Shown: positions 39,932 through 51,251 of the stretch, piece after piece | How the letters are laid out: each line of letters begins with the position of its first letter | How positions within the stretch are numbered: the first letter of the stretch is position 1 | Made by a program: the position numbers and the translations under genes | Notes under the pieces: generated by a model | Database searches by the model: none | What the model saw: only the letters and a program-made list of their open reading frames with translations | What the model was told of the DNA's origin: nothing | NCBI GenBank assembly: GCA_963815115.1 | Contig: CAWFFN010000012.1 | Span: 192,001-256,000 of the forward strand | DNA length: 64,000 nucleotides | Direction of reading: 5' to 3' | Source: an uncultured delta proteobacterium | GTDB taxonomy: Bacteria; Desulfobacterota; Binatia; DP-6

Positions 39932-40642
39932 TCACCGGTGGCGGAGGTGCAGCGCGAGCGAGAGCGCGAAGTAGTAGGCGACGAAGGCGAGCGAGGCGAC
40001 CAGCAGCGTCCGCGTCGACGCCGAGCCGAGGTGGAAGAGCGCCCAGATGATGACCACGCCCCAGGCGCTGCCGAGCGTCACGGTGAGCCCGCGCAGCGTC
40101 GGCGTGCGCGACGGGTAGACGTAGCGCAGCGGCACGAACACCCCGACGGCGAGGATTGCCAGCACGACGGCGTTCGCCGCCGGGGGCCAGCCGAGCACGT
40201 AGAGGTAGAACGCGACCACGTTCCAGTACGACGGGAAGCCGGTGAAGAAGTGGTCGGCCGTCTTCGCCGCCGTCTGGCTGAACCCGTAGGCGCTCGCCAC
40301 GGTCACCAGCGCCGCGAGCGGCAGCTCGAGGGCCGCGGGGAGCAGGCGCATGTGGAGCAGGAAGAAGACCGGCACGACGACGTAGGTGAAGTAGTCGACG
40401 ATGTCGTCCAGCCGGCTGCCGTCGACCCACGGGAGGACCTCCCTGACGCGCACGGCGCGCGCCAGCGTGCCGTCGACGGAATCGATCGCCATCGTGTACG
40501 CCATCCACAGGAAGGCCGTCGCCGCATCCCCGTTCACGGTTGCCTGCAAGGCGAGGATGCCGGCGGGGACGCTGCTCGCGGTGAGCAGGTGGACCCCCCA
40601 GGCGGCGAGCCTCCGCGCGGGCCCGAACCGGGTCGCGCTCAC
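39932..40642 (-). CDS. pcs: Phosphatidylcholine synthase-like CDP-alcohol phosphatidyltransferase
   Basis: VHLLTAS, DSVDGTLARAVRV...DGSRLDDIVDY, FTGFPSYWN. Confidence 0.85.
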   Translation of the reverse strand: MSATRFGPARRLAAWGVHLLTASSVPAGILALQATVNGDAATAFLWMAYTMAIDSVDGTLARAVRVREVLPWVDGSRLDDIVDYFTYVVVPVFFLLHMRLLPAALELPLAALVTVASAYGFSQTAAKTADHFFTGFPSYWNVVAFYLYVLGWPPAANAVVLAILAVGVFVPLRYVYPSRTPTLRGLTVTLGSAWGVVIIWALFHLGSASTRTLLVASLAFVAYYFALSLALHLRHR

Positions 40643-41020
40643 ACCGGCAGCCAGAGGATCTGCACCAGGTTGCCGTCGGGATCGCGGCAGTAGACCGACA
40701 CCGAGCCGTCGCGGTGTTGGCGCGGCTCGCGCGCGATGGGGACGCCGCGCGCGCGCAGGCGCTCCGCGGCGGCGCGGACCTCCTCGGCCGAGCCGACCAC
40801 GAAGCCGAGGTGATCGAGCGCGCCGCCGGGGACGACGTCGGCCGCCTGATGCAGCGCGAGGTTGTCGTGCCCGGAGCTGAGATAGACGTTCTCCGGGTCG
40901 GGGCTCCACACGACGCGCATGTCGAAGTGCTCCTGGTAGAAGGCCGTCGCGGCACGGACGTCGCGCACGCGGAGCGCCACGTGGCAGAGCCCGCGGACCG
41001 CGGCCTGGCGCCTCTGCCAT
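40639..41020 (-). CDS. VOC/glyoxalase family protein (start uncertain; possible frameshift near the 5' end)
   Basis: GLCHVALRVRD, LDHLGF, YCRDPDGNLVQI. The ATG at 41020 is out of frame with the domain. Confidence 0.8.
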
Positions 41021-41070
41021 GGCGCGCTTGTACTGGCCGCGGCCGCGGCCGGCAACCGCGGGGGCGCTTG

Positions 41071-42456
41071 CTACCTGCGGGGCACCGCGGCCGCGACGAC
41101 GTCCGCCACGCTCGCCGCGCGCGGCAGCGCCGCGACCGCCGCCGCGAGGCGCTCGACCTGTGCCTCGGGAAGCGCGCGCCGGGCGAGGGCACGGAACTTC
41201 GCGTCCAGCCCCGCGGCGTCGGGGAAGCGTTCCGGGTCGCCCAGCGCATGCGTGACGTGCTCTTCGAGCCGCCGTCCGTCGCGCAGCAGGATGCGGACCC
41301 ACGCCGGCCAGACACGCGGATACTGCGCGTCGAGATGCTCGTCGTGCACGGCGACGACGCGGTCCATCACCCGTGCGACCAGCGCGTCGTCCAGGGTCGC
41401 CGGCACGAACTCGGCGGGCGAAGCGGCGCCGCGCGCCAGCGCGACGGCGATCCCGAAGGGCAGGCTGAACTGCTCGTCCACGACCGAGCGCGGCCGGCGC
41501 TTGTGCTCCTCGGGCTCGTAGACGATCGGGAAGGCCGCCGACACGATCCCGACCTCGACGCGCTCGACCGCGTCCGGATCGATCGCGTGGGTGGCGCGCA
41601 GCGCCAGCGCCGCGTCGATGGGCGCCTGCATGTACCGGCAGCAGGCGTGCGGCTTGATGCCCGTTCGCATCAGCTCGAAGCCCTCGGCGGGGTCGTCGAG
41701 GGGCTCCAGGCGCGGCGCCTCCGAGTAGGCGTGGAGGAAGCCGAAGCGGCCCTCGACGACGCTCGCGGGCGCGCGAAAGCCCGCGCCGGCGAGCGCCGCC
41801 GCGTGCAGTCCCGCCGAGGCCGACCACCCCGGATGCAAGCGCTTCGTCCAGGCACCGTCGGCGAGAAACTCCATGGAGCCCGCAGCCTGGCTGCCGGCGA
41901 TCCCGAGCGCGCGGGCGAGCGCATCGGCGTCGAGGTCGAGCAGCAGGCCCGCTGCCGTCGCGGCGCCGAACGCGCCGCACGTCCCGGTGGGATGGAAGCC
42001 GCGCGCATAGTGCGCGGCGGGTCCCACCGCCATCGCGAGCCGGGCCGCCACCTCGTAGCCGGCGAGAGCCGCGCGCAGGAACGCCTCGCCGCCCGCCCGT
42101 GCGAGCTCCGCGGCGGCCAGAGCCGCCGGGAAGACGCTCGCGCCGAGATGGATCGAACCTCCCTGATGGGTGTCGTCCATCTCGATGGCATGGGCGGCGG
42201 CGCCGTTGGCGAGCGCCGCCTGCGGCAGGGGAAGCCGCCCGGTCGTGCCCAGGACGGTGCCATCTCCGCGCAGCGCGAGCCGTTCGAGCCCCTGGCGAAG
42301 CGCCCGGCTGGAATCCTCCGGGACCCCCGCCAGCGCGACTCCGAGGAAGTCGAGGAAGAGGTCGTTCGCACGCGCGAGGACCTCCGGCGGGACGGCCGCG
42401 GTGCGGAGCGCCGTCATCTCCACCGCGAGCCGCATCGCCAGCGGAGGACGGCTCAC
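41071..42456 (-). CDS. MmgE/PrpD family protein
   Basis: AHAIEMDDTH, GFHPTG, KRLHPG, KPHACCRY. Confidence 0.92.
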   Translation of the reverse strand: MSRPPLAMRLAVEMTALRTAAVPPEVLARANDLFLDFLGVALAGVPEDSSRALRQGLERLALRGDGTVLGTTGRLPLPQAALANGAAAHAIEMDDTHQGGSIHLGASVFPAALAAAELARAGGEAFLRAALAGYEVAARLAMAVGPAAHYARGFHPTGTCGAFGAATAAGLLLDLDADALARALGIAGSQAAGSMEFLADGAWTKRLHPGWSASAGLHAAALAGAGFRAPASVVEGRFGFLHAYSEAPRLEPLDDPAEGFELMRTGIKPHACCRYMQAPIDAALALRATHAIDPDAVERVEVGIVSAAFPIVYEPEEHKRRPRSVVDEQFSLPFGIAVALARGAASPAEFVPATLDDALVARVMDRVVAVHDEHLDAQYPRVWPAWVRILLRDGRRLEEHVTHALGDPERFPDAAGLDAKFRALARRALPEAQVERLAAAVAALPRAASVADVVAAAVPRR

Positions 42457-43932
42457 GCCGTGTCCTCCGATGCGCGAGCCGCCGTCACGTGCTCCCGCCA
42501 GCGGGCGAGCCGCGCCTCGCGCTCGTCGCTGCCCAGACGCGGCTCGAACAGTCGTTCCCGGCGCCAGGCGTGGACGAGGTCGTCGGGTCCTGCCCAGACG
42601 CCGGTCGCCAGCCCGGCCAGGTAGGCGGCGCCGAGCGCGGCGGCGTCGAGCACGGCGGGCCGCTCGACCGGTAGCCCGAGCGCATCGGCCTGCGCCTGGA
42701 GGAGCACGTCGTTGCGCGCCGCGCCGCCGTCGGCGCGCAGCGAGGCCGGCGCCGGATGGGGCGAGTCGGCGCGGAGCGCGTCGTAGACCTCCCGGCAGCG
42801 CCACGCGATGCCCTCCAGGACGGCGCGCACGACGTGCGCTCGCGTCGTTGCGCGTGAGAGCCCGCCGATCACCGCGCGCGCGCCCGGATCGAGGTAGGGA
42901 GTGCCGAGGCCCTGGAAGGCGGGCACGGCCCACACGCCGCCGCTGTCGGCGACCGACGCGGCGAGCGTCGCGGACTCCGCCTCATCGGCGATCACGCCGA
43001 GCCCGTCGCGCAGCCACAGCACCGCCGCTCCGGCGGTGATCGCCGTGCCCTCGAGGCAGAACGTGCGCTGCCCGTCGCGTTGCCAGAGCACCAGCGGATA
43101 GGCGCCATGGATCGAGAAGAGCGGCTCGGGTCCGGCGTTGAGGTCGATCATCGCCGCCGTGCCGTAGGTGATCTTCACCTCGCCTGCCGCTCAGCCGCAG
43201 GTGCCCCATCATCGCCGCTTGCTGGTCTCCCACGATGGCCGCGAACGGCGCCGCGCCGAGACCGAGGTCGTCGTCGACGGGTCCCAGGACGCCGCTCGAG
43301 TCGACGACCGCGGGGAGCGCGTTCTCGGGAATGCGCAGCGCCTCCAGCACGGCGGGGTTCCACGTGCCGGTGAAGAGGTCGTAGAGTCCCGTGCACGACG
43401 CGTTGGACGGGTCGGTCGCCTGGACCCGTCCGCCGGTCAAGCGGGCGGCCAGCCACGCATCGAGGGTCCCGCAGCGCAGCCGGCCGGCGCCGATCTCCGT
43501 ACGCCGCGGATCGACGCGATCGAGGAGCCACTCGATCTTGCTCGCCGCCATCAGCGGCGTGATCATGAGGCCGTGCGCCATCAGGTCGCGACAGCGCTCC
43601 TGGGTGCGCACGTCCTGCCAGGAAAGCGCGGCGCCGACCGGACGACCCGATTTCGCCTCCCAGGCGACGGCGGTGGAACGCTGGGTGGTGAGCCCGAGCC
43701 CCCGGACCTCGGCCGGGCTGACGCCGGCGGCCACGGATCGGATCACGTCCCGGACGGAGGCGAGGAGCGCGTCGAGGTCGTGCTCGACCAGCCCGGGTGC
43801 CGGATGGGCGGGAAGCGCCTCACGGTAGGCCTGGCCGAGCACGCTGCCGGACTCGTCCAGCAGGAGCGCCCGCACGCCGGTGGTGCCGACGTCGAGCGCC
43901 AGGACGAGTCCCCGGGCGGTGCTGCGGGCCAT
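42453..43932 (-). pseudogene. glpK: Glycerol kinase / FGGY carbohydrate kinase with a frameshift near 43190 (probably a consensus error)
   Basis: LDVGTTG, TTQRST, WQD, TDPSNASCT, GDQQAA in one frame; KITYGT, LEG, PAFQGLG, ADGGA in another frame. Confidence 0.88.
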
Positions 43933-44028
43933 GGGGCGCTTCATAGTGCAGGTGGCGGCGCGGCGTAAACCTTCGCGCCGGGGCGCCCTCTTGACGGCCC
44001 GGGCGGCGTTCGGAGACCATTGCCCGTC

Positions 44029-45162
44029 ATGCTGGTCAAGATGAGACGCGACGCCACGGCGGACGAGATCCAGACCGTCGAGCGCAAGCTTCACGATCTG
44101 GGCTTCAAGACCGGCAAGCTCGAGGGTGAGGAGATCACCCTGGTCGGCGTCTACGGGGACATCTCCAAGCTGCCCCAGGGCGAGATCGCGGAGCTGGCGG
44201 GCGTCGAGCAGCTCATCCCGATCTCGCGCGCCTACAAGCGCGTGGCGCAGAAGGGAAGCCCCGGGAGCCCCATCTTTCAGACGGTGCGGATCGGCGAGCT
44301 TGCCTGCGGCGGCGACGATCTGGTGTTCATCTCCGGCCCGTGCTCGGTGGAGAGCGAGCGCCAGATCATGGACGCCGCCCGCATGGTGAAGGAGGCGGGC
44401 TGCCAGGCGCTCCGCGGGGGCGTCGTCAAGTACCGCTCGAGTCCGTACAGCGGCTGGGAAGGCCTCGGCGCCTCCGACAGCGAGGCGCTGCGCAAGGGCC
44501 TCGAGCTGATCGTGCGGGCGGGACGCGAGTTCGGCCTGCCCACGGTGGTCGAGATCCTCGATCAGGCCGACGTCCAGCGCTACGAGGACGCGGGCGTCGA
44601 CTGCCTGCAGATCGGCGAGCCCAACAGCAAGAATCAGGCGTTGCTCAACCGCCTGCGCGACACCCGCTTGCCGGTGATCCACAAGCGCGGCAACTCGCTC
44701 GACACCGAGGCGTACCTGCTGTGGGTCGAGCGCATGATGACCGGCGGCAAGGAGAACATCATCCTGTGCGAGCGCGGCATCGCGAGCGCCAACCGCTACA
44801 CGCGCAATACGCTCGACGTCGGCTCCATCGCGGCCTTCCGCTATCAGCTGTCCTGCCTGCCGATCGCCGTCGATGCGTCGCACGGGACGGGCGTGCGCGA
44901 CCTGGTCCATCCCGCGACGCTGGCGGGGATCATGGCGGGCGCGTCGGTGGTGCTGGTCGAGGCACACCCCAACCCGCTCATCGCCAAGTCGGACGGCCAC
45001 CAGGGTCTGTTCGAGGAGCAGCTCGTGAGCCTCGTCCGGGCGTCCAGGGAGACGTGGAAGCTGCGGCAGGAGCTCGATCGCGGCTATCTGGCCTCGGCGG
45101 CGCTCGAGAAGGGCTATCTCGCCCGCATGGACGCGGACAAGGCGCGCTTCTTCAGGAGCTAG
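44029..45162 (+). CDS. aroF: Type I-beta DAHP synthase-like protein with N-terminal regulatory domain (divergent motifs)
   Basis: SGPCSVE, RGG..K.RSSPY, HKRG, LCERG, RNTLD, DASH, SDG.Q. Confidence 0.85.
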   Translation: MLVKMRRDATADEIQTVERKLHDLGFKTGKLEGEEITLVGVYGDISKLPQGEIAELAGVEQLIPISRAYKRVAQKGSPGSPIFQTVRIGELACGGDDLVFISGPCSVESERQIMDAARMVKEAGCQALRGGVVKYRSSPYSGWEGLGASDSEALRKGLELIVRAGREFGLPTVVEILDQADVQRYEDAGVDCLQIGEPNSKNQALLNRLRDTRLPVIHKRGNSLDTEAYLLWVERMMTGGKENIILCERGIASANRYTRNTLDVGSIAAFRYQLSCLPIAVDASHGTGVRDLVHPATLAGIMAGASVVLVEAHPNPLIAKSDGHQGLFEEQLVSLVRASRETWKLRQELDRGYLASAALEKGYLARMDADKARFFRS

Positions 45163-46726
45163 CGCCCCGCAGATCGTAGTCCCGCATCTTGCGCTGCAGC
45201 ATGTAGCGCGAGATGCCGAGCGCGCGCGCCGCCCGCGAGACGTTGCCGTTGTGCAGCTGCAGCACGGTGGCGACGTGCTGGGCCTCCCACGCGGCACGGG
45301 CCGGGCGCAGCTCGACCACCGAGGGCAGGGGGGCGCCGTTCGCGGGTTGCGGAGCGGTTGCGATGCGGATGGGAGCGACCAGCTTGCTCGAGAGATGCGC
45401 CACGCCGAAGCGGTCGCCGTCGCGCGCCAGGGCCACGCCGCGCTCGACCTCGTTCTGCAGCTCGCGCACGTTCCCGGGCCAGTTGTAGGCGACCAGCCTC
45501 TCCATGGCCGACGGCTCGAAGCCGTCGATGCGCTTGCGGTTGCGCTCCGCGGCCGCCGCCAGGAAGCGGTCGGCGATGAGCGGAATGTCGTCGCGCCGTT
45601 CGTGCAGGAGCGGTAGCCGGATGGGGAATGCGGCGATCCGGTAGTAGAGGTCCTCGCGGAAGCGCCGCTGCTCGACCTCGTGGCGCAGGTCGCGATTGGT
45701 CGCCGAGATCACGCGCACGTCGATGCGCCGCGGCCGGGTGTCGCCGAGCGGAACCACCTCGCCCTCCTGCAGCACGCGCAGCAGCTTGGCCTGCATCGCC
45801 GGCGGCATCTCGCCGATCTCGTCGAGCAGAACCGTCCCGCCCGCGGCCGCCTCGAAGAGGCCGCGCTGGTCGTGGATCGCGCCGGTGAAGGCCCCGCGGC
45901 GGTGTCCGAACAGCTCGCTCTCGAGCAAGGTCTCCGGAAGCGCCGCGCAGTTCACCGCCAGGAACGGCCCCTCGGCTCGGGTGCTGGCGCGGTGGATGCC
46001 GCGTGCCACCAGCTCCTTGCCGGTTCCCGTCTCACCCTCGAGGAGCACGACGATGGGCGAGTTGGCGGCGCTCTCCATGAGCGAGAACACCGCCAGCATG
46101 GCCGCCGAGCGGCCGATGATGTCGGCGAAGCCCTCGCGGCGCACGAGATCTCGCCTGAGCGCCCCGACCTGCACCCGCAGCCCCTCCTCGGAGGCCTTCA
46201 GGCGGGCGTAGAGCTGGGCGTTCTCGATCGCCACGGCGACGGCGCCGGCGAGCGCTTCCAGGAAGGCGAGGTCGTCGTCGTCGAACGCGCCGCCGTGCCG
46301 GTTGACGACCTGGAGAACGCCGATCGTCCCGTGTCGTGCGGCGAGCGGAGCCGCCACGCTGCTGCGGGTGGTACTTCCCGTGGCGCGATCGATCCCGGGA
46401 TAGAAGCGGGGATCGGCGTTGACGTCGTCCACCCGGATGGGACGGCCGGTCTGCAGCGCCGCGCCGGCGATGCCGCGGTCGGCGGGCAGGCGCAGCCCCA
46501 GGAGGCGATCGGCGACCTCCTGTCGCTCCGAGACGACGTAGGGGAAGTAGAGCTCCTGCCGTGCCTCGTCGAGGAGCAGCACCGAGGCGCCCTCGGCGTC
46601 GAGCACCTCCCGCACCTTGGTCATCACGAGCGGAATCAGCTCGTCCAGATCGATGCGGCCGGCAAAAGCGCAGCCGAGGTCGTAGAGCAGCCGGAGCCGG
46701 CTGCTGTCCTGAACTGATGATTGCAC
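45152..46726 (-). CDS. Sigma54-dependent enhancer-binding protein (GAF, AAA+, Fis-type HTH)
   Basis: N-terminal GAF; [45 protein letters not shown]. Confidence 0.95.
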   Translation of the reverse strand: MQSSVQDSSRLRLLYDLGCAFAGRIDLDELIPLVMTKVREVLDAEGASVLLLDEARQELYFPYVVSERQEVADRLLGLRLPADRGIAGAALQTGRPIRVDDVNADPRFYPGIDRATGSTTRSSVAAPLAARHGTIGVLQVVNRHGGAFDDDDLAFLEALAGAVAVAIENAQLYARLKASEEGLRVQVGALRRDLVRREGFADIIGRSAAMLAVFSLMESAANSPIVVLLEGETGTGKELVARGIHRASTRAEGPFLAVNCAALPETLLESELFGHRRGAFTGAIHDQRGLFEAAAGGTVLLDEIGEMPPAMQAKLLRVLQEGEVVPLGDTRPRRIDVRVISATNRDLRHEVEQRRFREDLYYRIAAFPIRLPLLHERRDDIPLIADRFLAAAAERNRKRIDGFEPSAMERLVAYNWPGNVRELQNEVERGVALARDGDRFGVAHLSSKLVAPIRIATAPQPANGAPLPSVVELRPARAAWEAQHVATVLQLHNGNVSRAARALGISRYMLQRKMRDYDLRGASS

Positions 46727-46878
46727 GGTTCATCATCCCTTAGCCGGCTCGCGGTGCCAGGTAAAGTTGGCGCCGAATACTCCGCGCTGCGTATCCGCCT
46801 ACCGTGGGTGGCACCGAGCGGCAGGGGCCTCCGGACAAATCACGTGCGAAATCGTGGCCTTCCGCGCTTCGGTGGGGC

Positions 46879-46894
46879 TGGCACCGCGGTTGCA
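46879..46894 (+). promoter_or_regulatory. Sigma54 -24/-12 promoter
   Basis: TGGCAC-CGCGG-TTGCA with exact spacing, divergent from the enhancer-binding protein gene. Confidence 0.85.
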
Positions 46895-46940
46895 TCCTGA
46901 CAGCTTATCGTTTTCTAGCAAGCTCAAGAGGAGAAGCACG

Positions 46941-47186
46941 ATGATCACTCTCGGAACGACGTTGGGGGCCATCAACTCGAGCATTCCGCCCGCGACGGTG
47001 GGAGCGATGCTCTCCCTGCGGGATCCCGGGAGCTGGACGCTCGCGGAGGTCGTCGCCGGGCTCGGAGCGTTCACCGTGGCGACGCTGGGCGTGCTGATCG
47101 TCGCACTGCTGAAGGGCGAGTATCAGAGCCCCGTGGAAACCATCATCACGCGTCATCCGGACAGCCACCTGAAGGACGCCGCCTGA
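46941..47186 (+). CDS. Small single-TM hypothetical protein (81 aa)
   Basis: AGAGGAG RBS; downstream of the sigma54 promoter; hydrophobic VVAGLGAFTVATLGVLIVALL; ends KDAA. Confidence 0.7.
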   Translation: MITLGTTLGAINSSIPPATVGAMLSLRDPGSWTLAEVVAGLGAFTVATLGVLIVALLKGEYQSPVETIITRHPDSHLKDAA

Positions 47187-47196
47187 GGAGACATCC

Positions 47197-47382
47197 ATGT
47201 TCTCTTTCGTCGAATCATCGCTCGCCGAGGCCATCCTGCGCAGCGCGCGTGACCTGGCGACGGACTCCATCCCCAGCGCGTCCGCCATTGGCGTGGCGGT
47301 CGCGATCGGCGCGGCGCTGTTCGCGTGGATGCGACGCGCCCGCCGCAGCGGACGCCCGCAACCCCTCCCGGCCACGGCGTGA
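47197..47382 (+). CDS. Small single-TM hypothetical protein (61 aa)
   Basis: GAGGAG RBS overlapping the upstream stop; AIGVAVAIGAALFAW followed by an Arg cluster. Confidence 0.7.
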   Translation: MFSFVESSLAEAILRSARDLATDSIPSASAIGVAVAIGAALFAWMRRARRSGRPQPLPATA

Positions 47383-47398
47383 CGCTGCAGCCGCGCTG

Positions 47399-48379
47399 CT
47401 ACTCCCACACGGGAGCCAGACGCCCGGGGTAGCGAGCCCCCTCCGCTGCCCCGGGCGGCAGCGCGGCCTCGAGGCGCGCGACGTCCTCGGGCGTCAGGGC
47501 GACCGCCGCCGCGCCTGCATTCTCCTCGAGACGCGCGCGTGACTTTGTCCCGGGGATCGGCACGATGTCCGGTCCCTTCGCGAGCAGCCAGGCGAGCGCG
47601 AGCTGGGCCGGCGTGCATCCCCTGGTTCCGGCGAGCTCGGCCACGCGTTCCACCAGGCGCACGTTGGCCTCGAACGCGCCCTCGGCGAAGCGGGGAGTCA
47701 CCTGGCGGTAGTCGTCCGGCGCGAAGTCGGCACGTGAACGGAACCGCCCGGTGAGGAGCCCGCGCCCGAGCGGGCTGTAGGCGAGAAAGCCGACGCCCAG
47801 CTCGCGGCAGGTCGGGATCACCTCGGCCTCGGCGTCACGCGTGAGCAGAGAGTACTCGGTCTGCAGCGACGCGACGGGGTGAACGCGCACGGCTCGCCGA
47901 AGGGTCTGCGGGCCCGCCTCGGAGAGACCGATGTGGCGCGTCTTGCCGGCCCGTACCAGCTCCGCCATCGCACCCACGCTGTCCTCGATCGGCACCGTCG
48001 GGTCGATCCGATGAAGCTGGTAGAGATCGACGTGGTCGACGGCGAGCCGGCGCAGGCTGGCGTCGCAGGCGGAGCGGATGTAGGCCGGGCTGCCATCGAT
48101 GCCGCGGATCCCCCGGGTGGCGGTATCGCGTACGATGCCGCACTTGGTGGCGACCACCGCGCGATCGCGACGGCCGCGGAGGGCGCGGCCGACCAGCTCC
48201 TCGTTGGTGAAGGGGCCGTACATGTCGGCCGTGTCGAGGAGCGTCACGCCGAGCTCGAGGGCACGATGGATGGTGGCGACCGCCTCCGTCTCGTCGCTCG
48301 GACCGTAGAACTCGCTCATGCCCATGCAGCCGAGGCCGATGGCGGAGACCTCGAGGGCGCCGAGTCGTCTTGTCTGCAT
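47399..48379 (-). CDS. Aldo/keto reductase
   Basis: [39 protein letters not shown]. Confidence 0.95.
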   Translation of the reverse strand: MQTRRLGALEVSAIGLGCMGMSEFYGPSDETEAVATIHRALELGVTLLDTADMYGPFTNEELVGRALRGRRDRAVVATKCGIVRDTATRGIRGIDGSPAYIRSACDASLRRLAVDHVDLYQLHRIDPTVPIEDSVGAMAELVRAGKTRHIGLSEAGPQTLRRAVRVHPVASLQTEYSLLTRDAEAEVIPTCRELGVGFLAYSPLGRGLLTGRFRSRADFAPDDYRQVTPRFAEGAFEANVRLVERVAELAGTRGCTPAQLALAWLLAKGPDIVPIPGTKSRARLEENAGAAAVALTPEDVARLEAALPPGAAEGARYPGRLAPVWE

Positions 48380-48477
48380 GGCACAGTGCGTATGCCCGGG
48401 GTGGGTCTCTCGCAACCCGATACGGGGTGCGCGCCGGGCCGTCCCGCCCCCCTTTACACGAGGGGGTTCGGGTGCTC

Positions 48478-48900
48478 TCAGGCGCGAGCGCCAGGGTCCG
48501 CGAGCACCTCGGACGGGGCGCTCGGGTCGTAGTAGAGTTCCTGCTGCGCGATGCGATCGCCGCGGTAGCGGTAGATGACGACGTAGTTCGATCGCAGCCT
48601 GCGGCCGTCCTCGTGCGTCCAGTCGAAGTGGATGCGGACGAAGGCGGCGTCGCCCGCGGGCACGATGACGCGCTCGACCGCCTCGTAGCGGATGTCCCGG
48701 CAGCGCCGGATGGTCAGGGCGATGAACTCGAGGGTGCGCGCGACGCCCTCGATGCGCCGCGGCCAGTCGAAGAGGCGGACGGTCGGGCTCAGGTAGACGA
48801 CGCCGGGATCGTAGCGCTCGCGGACCGGCGCGAGGTCGCCGGCGGCGAATGCCCGCGCGAACGACGCCTCCTGTGCCTCGAGCTTCTCCGGACTGATCAC
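48478..48900 (-). CDS. NTF2/SnoaL-like protein
   Basis: AFAAGD...YDPGVVY...[16 protein letters not shown]; GTG overlaps the upstream stop. Confidence 0.8.
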   Translation of the reverse strand: MISPEKLEAQEASFARAFAAGDLAPVRERYDPGVVYLSPTVRLFDWPRRIEGVARTLEFIALTIRRCRDIRYEAVERVIVPAGDAAFVRIHFDWTHEDGRRLRSNYVVIYRYRGDRIAQQELYYDPSAPSEVLADPGARA

Positions 48901-51251
48901 GGCGCCGCCGGCGGAGGCTCCTCCGCCTTCGTCACCCGGCAGGACACGGCGCGATGGTGCGGGATGCCCGTGAACGGGTCGCGATCGGCGACGTCGGTGA
49001 GCTCGTTCTGGTTCGCGCCCACCAGACCCTCCACTCCCGGGAACCGCATCCCGAAGCCGTTCGGCATCCAGACGTGTCCCGCCTGGAGCTTGGCATCGAT
49101 CTGGGCGGGCATGGTGAGCGCGCCGCGGCGGGTCGACAGGACGACCGCGTCGCCGTTGCCGACCCCGAGCCGGTCCGCGTCCTGCGCCGAGAGGTTGAGG
49201 GCGCAGTGCGGGCCGCGGCCCTTGCGCCAGCGCGGGTCGCGCTGAATGGTGTTGGCGGTCCACCGCGTGCGCAGGCCGGCGGCGAGCACGAGCGGGAACT
49301 CGGGGTCCACGGTCGGGGGCGTGTCGATGGCGCGCCGCAGCTCGCCGAGCATCGGCTCGGGCGCGAGGCGGACGAGGCCGTCCGGAAAGCCCACATGGTC
49401 GGCCAGGTTGGTCTCGACGCGCTGGCGCGCGACCTCGACACCCTCGGGATGGGCGAGGATGCGGCGGAAGATCTCGGTCGCGAGCTCGAACGGCGCGCGT
49501 CCCTGCCACTCGGCGCCCAGGGCGCGCAGCACCGAGTCCGGGCGGAAGAGCGCGTTCAGGCCGCAGAGCAGCCAGATGGCGGAGAGCGACGGCGCAGGCA
49601 GGTGCGGGCCGAGGGCGCGATAGCTCCAGAAGATGAGCCTGGTCTCGTCGCCGGAGGCGAGCGCCTGGCCCGCCATCATGTACGCGGCAGCGCCGTCGGG
49701 CTCGAGCGCGCTTGCCGCCAGCTCGTGCAGCTGCGCGGGCACGGGTCCGAAGAGCTCCATCGCCTCGGCGAGGCGCACGTAGATCTCGGGCTCGGTGAGA
49801 GCCTCGGGCGGCGGCGGAACGATCGGCGGGCGCACCTGGGTGTGGATCTCGGGGTAGCGCTTCGGGAAGATCGTGAACTCCCACTTCTCGTAGCCGCAAG
49901 GCGTCGGCAGCACGTAGTCCGCCAGCTCGGCGGTCTCGGTCATCGCCGGGTCGACGACGACGAGGAGATCGAGCCGCTCGCGCGCCTCACGCCAGCGCTG
50001 CGTGTCGGAGTAGGACAGGAGCGGGTTCGAGCCCTCGACGATGATGGCGCGGATGCGCTCGGGGTGGTCGATCAGCGTCTCCTCGGGCACGAGCGTGGGA
50101 GAGAACATGCCGGCATTGCCCAGCGCGCGGATCGCGGGAATGCCGGAGGCGAGCGCCCGCTCCGGCTCCCGGATGAGGCTCGGATCGACGACGGGCGGGG
50201 GCAGCATCTCCAGGAAGACGCCTCCGCCCCGATTGCCGACGTTGCCGGTGAGCAGATGGAGCAACCGGATCAGCCAGGCGTTGAGCGTCGAGAAGGGCGC
50301 CTGCTCGACGCCCAGGTCGAAGAAGATGGCCGCCGACTCGGCGGCGGCGAAGCCGCGCGCGGTCTCCGAGATCTCGCCGACCCCGAGTCCGCAGCGGCGC
50401 GCCATCTCGCCGACGTCGATGTCCTCGAGCGCCTGCCGTACGGTCTCGAACCCGACGGTGCGCTCGCGCAGGAACGCCTCGTCCACCAGGCCCTCGCGCA
50501 CGATCACGGCGGCGAGCGCCAGCAGCAGGTAGACGTCGGTGCCCGGGCGCACGCGGAGATGCCGGTCGGCGCCGCGCGTGGTCTCGGTCTCGCGTGGGTC
50601 CACCACCACCAGCGTGCGCCCCGGGTCGTCGGCGTAGCTCTTGAGGGTTTCGGTGGGGTTGTGGCCGCGGTTGGATATCTTCGGGTTGGTGCCCATGACG
50701 AGCAGGTAGCGCGAGTGCTCCGCATCGGGATGGAAGAACGCGGCGGGCGAGGCGGCGAACATCCACTGGTCCAGCAGGTTGTGCTGGGTCTTCTCCTGGG
50801 CGAAGGCATTGAACCAGCGCCGCGAGCCGAGCGCGCGCAGGAAGCCGACGCCGTACGCGCCGTCCATGTGGTTGCCCTGGCCGCCGATGCCGACGAGCGC
50901 GATCGCGCGCGCCGAGTGCCGGTCGCGGATGTCGCGCAGCTTGGCGGCGATCTCCGTGATCGCCGTGTCCCAGGAGATGCGCTCGAAGGTGCCGTCGGGC
51001 CGCCGGCGCAGCGGGTGCTGGGTGCGCTGCGCGTGCCGCACGTAGGCCCCGATGCTGAAGGCCTTGTTGCACACGTAGCCCTCGGTGATGGGATTGTGCT
51101 CGTCGGCGCGCACCTCGACGATCTCGCCGGCTCGCACGTCGACGCGCAGGCCGCAGTTGTGGCTGCACAGCACGCACGCGGTGGCGAGGTCGTCCGCGTC
51201 GAGCGGGATCGGAGTGCGGGAGATGCACGGATCGACGGCCTGGGTCTGCAT
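48897..51251 (-). CDS. Molybdopterin-dependent oxidoreductase (DMSO reductase superfamily) with N-terminal Fe-S motif
   Basis: CVLCSHNCG...[25 protein letters not shown]; C-terminal molybdopterin dinucleotide-binding domain. Confidence 0.92.
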   Translation of the reverse strand: MQTQAVDPCISRTPIPLDADDLATACVLCSHNCGLRVDVRAGEIVEVRADEHNPITEGYVCNKAFSIGAYVRHAQRTQHPLRRRPDGTFERISWDTAITEIAAKLRDIRDRHSARAIALVGIGGQGNHMDGAYGVGFLRALGSRRWFNAFAQEKTQHNLLDQWMFAASPAAFFHPDAEHSRYLLVMGTNPKISNRGHNPTETLKSYADDPGRTLVVVDPRETETTRGADRHLRVRPGTDVYLLLALAAVIVREGLVDEAFLRERTVGFETVRQALEDIDVGEMARRCGLGVGEISETARGFAAAESAAIFFDLGVEQAPFSTLNAWLIRLLHLLTGNVGNRGGGVFLEMLPPPVVDPSLIREPERALASGIPAIRALGNAGMFSPTLVPEETLIDHPERIRAIIVEGSNPLLSYSDTQRWREARERLDLLVVVDPAMTETAELADYVLPTPCGYEKWEFTIFPKRYPEIHTQVRPPIVPPPPEALTEPEIYVRLAEAMELFGPVPAQLHELAASALEPDGAAAYMMAGQALASGDETRLIFWSYRALGPHLPAPSLSAIWLLCGLNALFRPDSVLRALGAEWQGRAPFELATEIFRRILAHPEGVEVARQRVETNLADHVGFPDGLVRLAPEPMLGELRRAIDTPPTVDPEFPLVLAAGLRTRWTANTIQRDPRWRKGRGPHCALNLSAQDADRLGVGNGDAVVLSTRRGALTMPAQIDAKLQAGHVWMPNGFGMRFPGVEGLVGANQNELTDVADRDPFTGIPHHRAVSCRVTKAEEPPPAAP

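Noticed and set aside
39932-41980. 682-aa ORF suggesting a fusion onto Pcs
   Set aside because: The upstream part is an off-frame read-through of the PrpD and VOC genes; Pcs starts at GTG 40642, overlapping the VOC stop.
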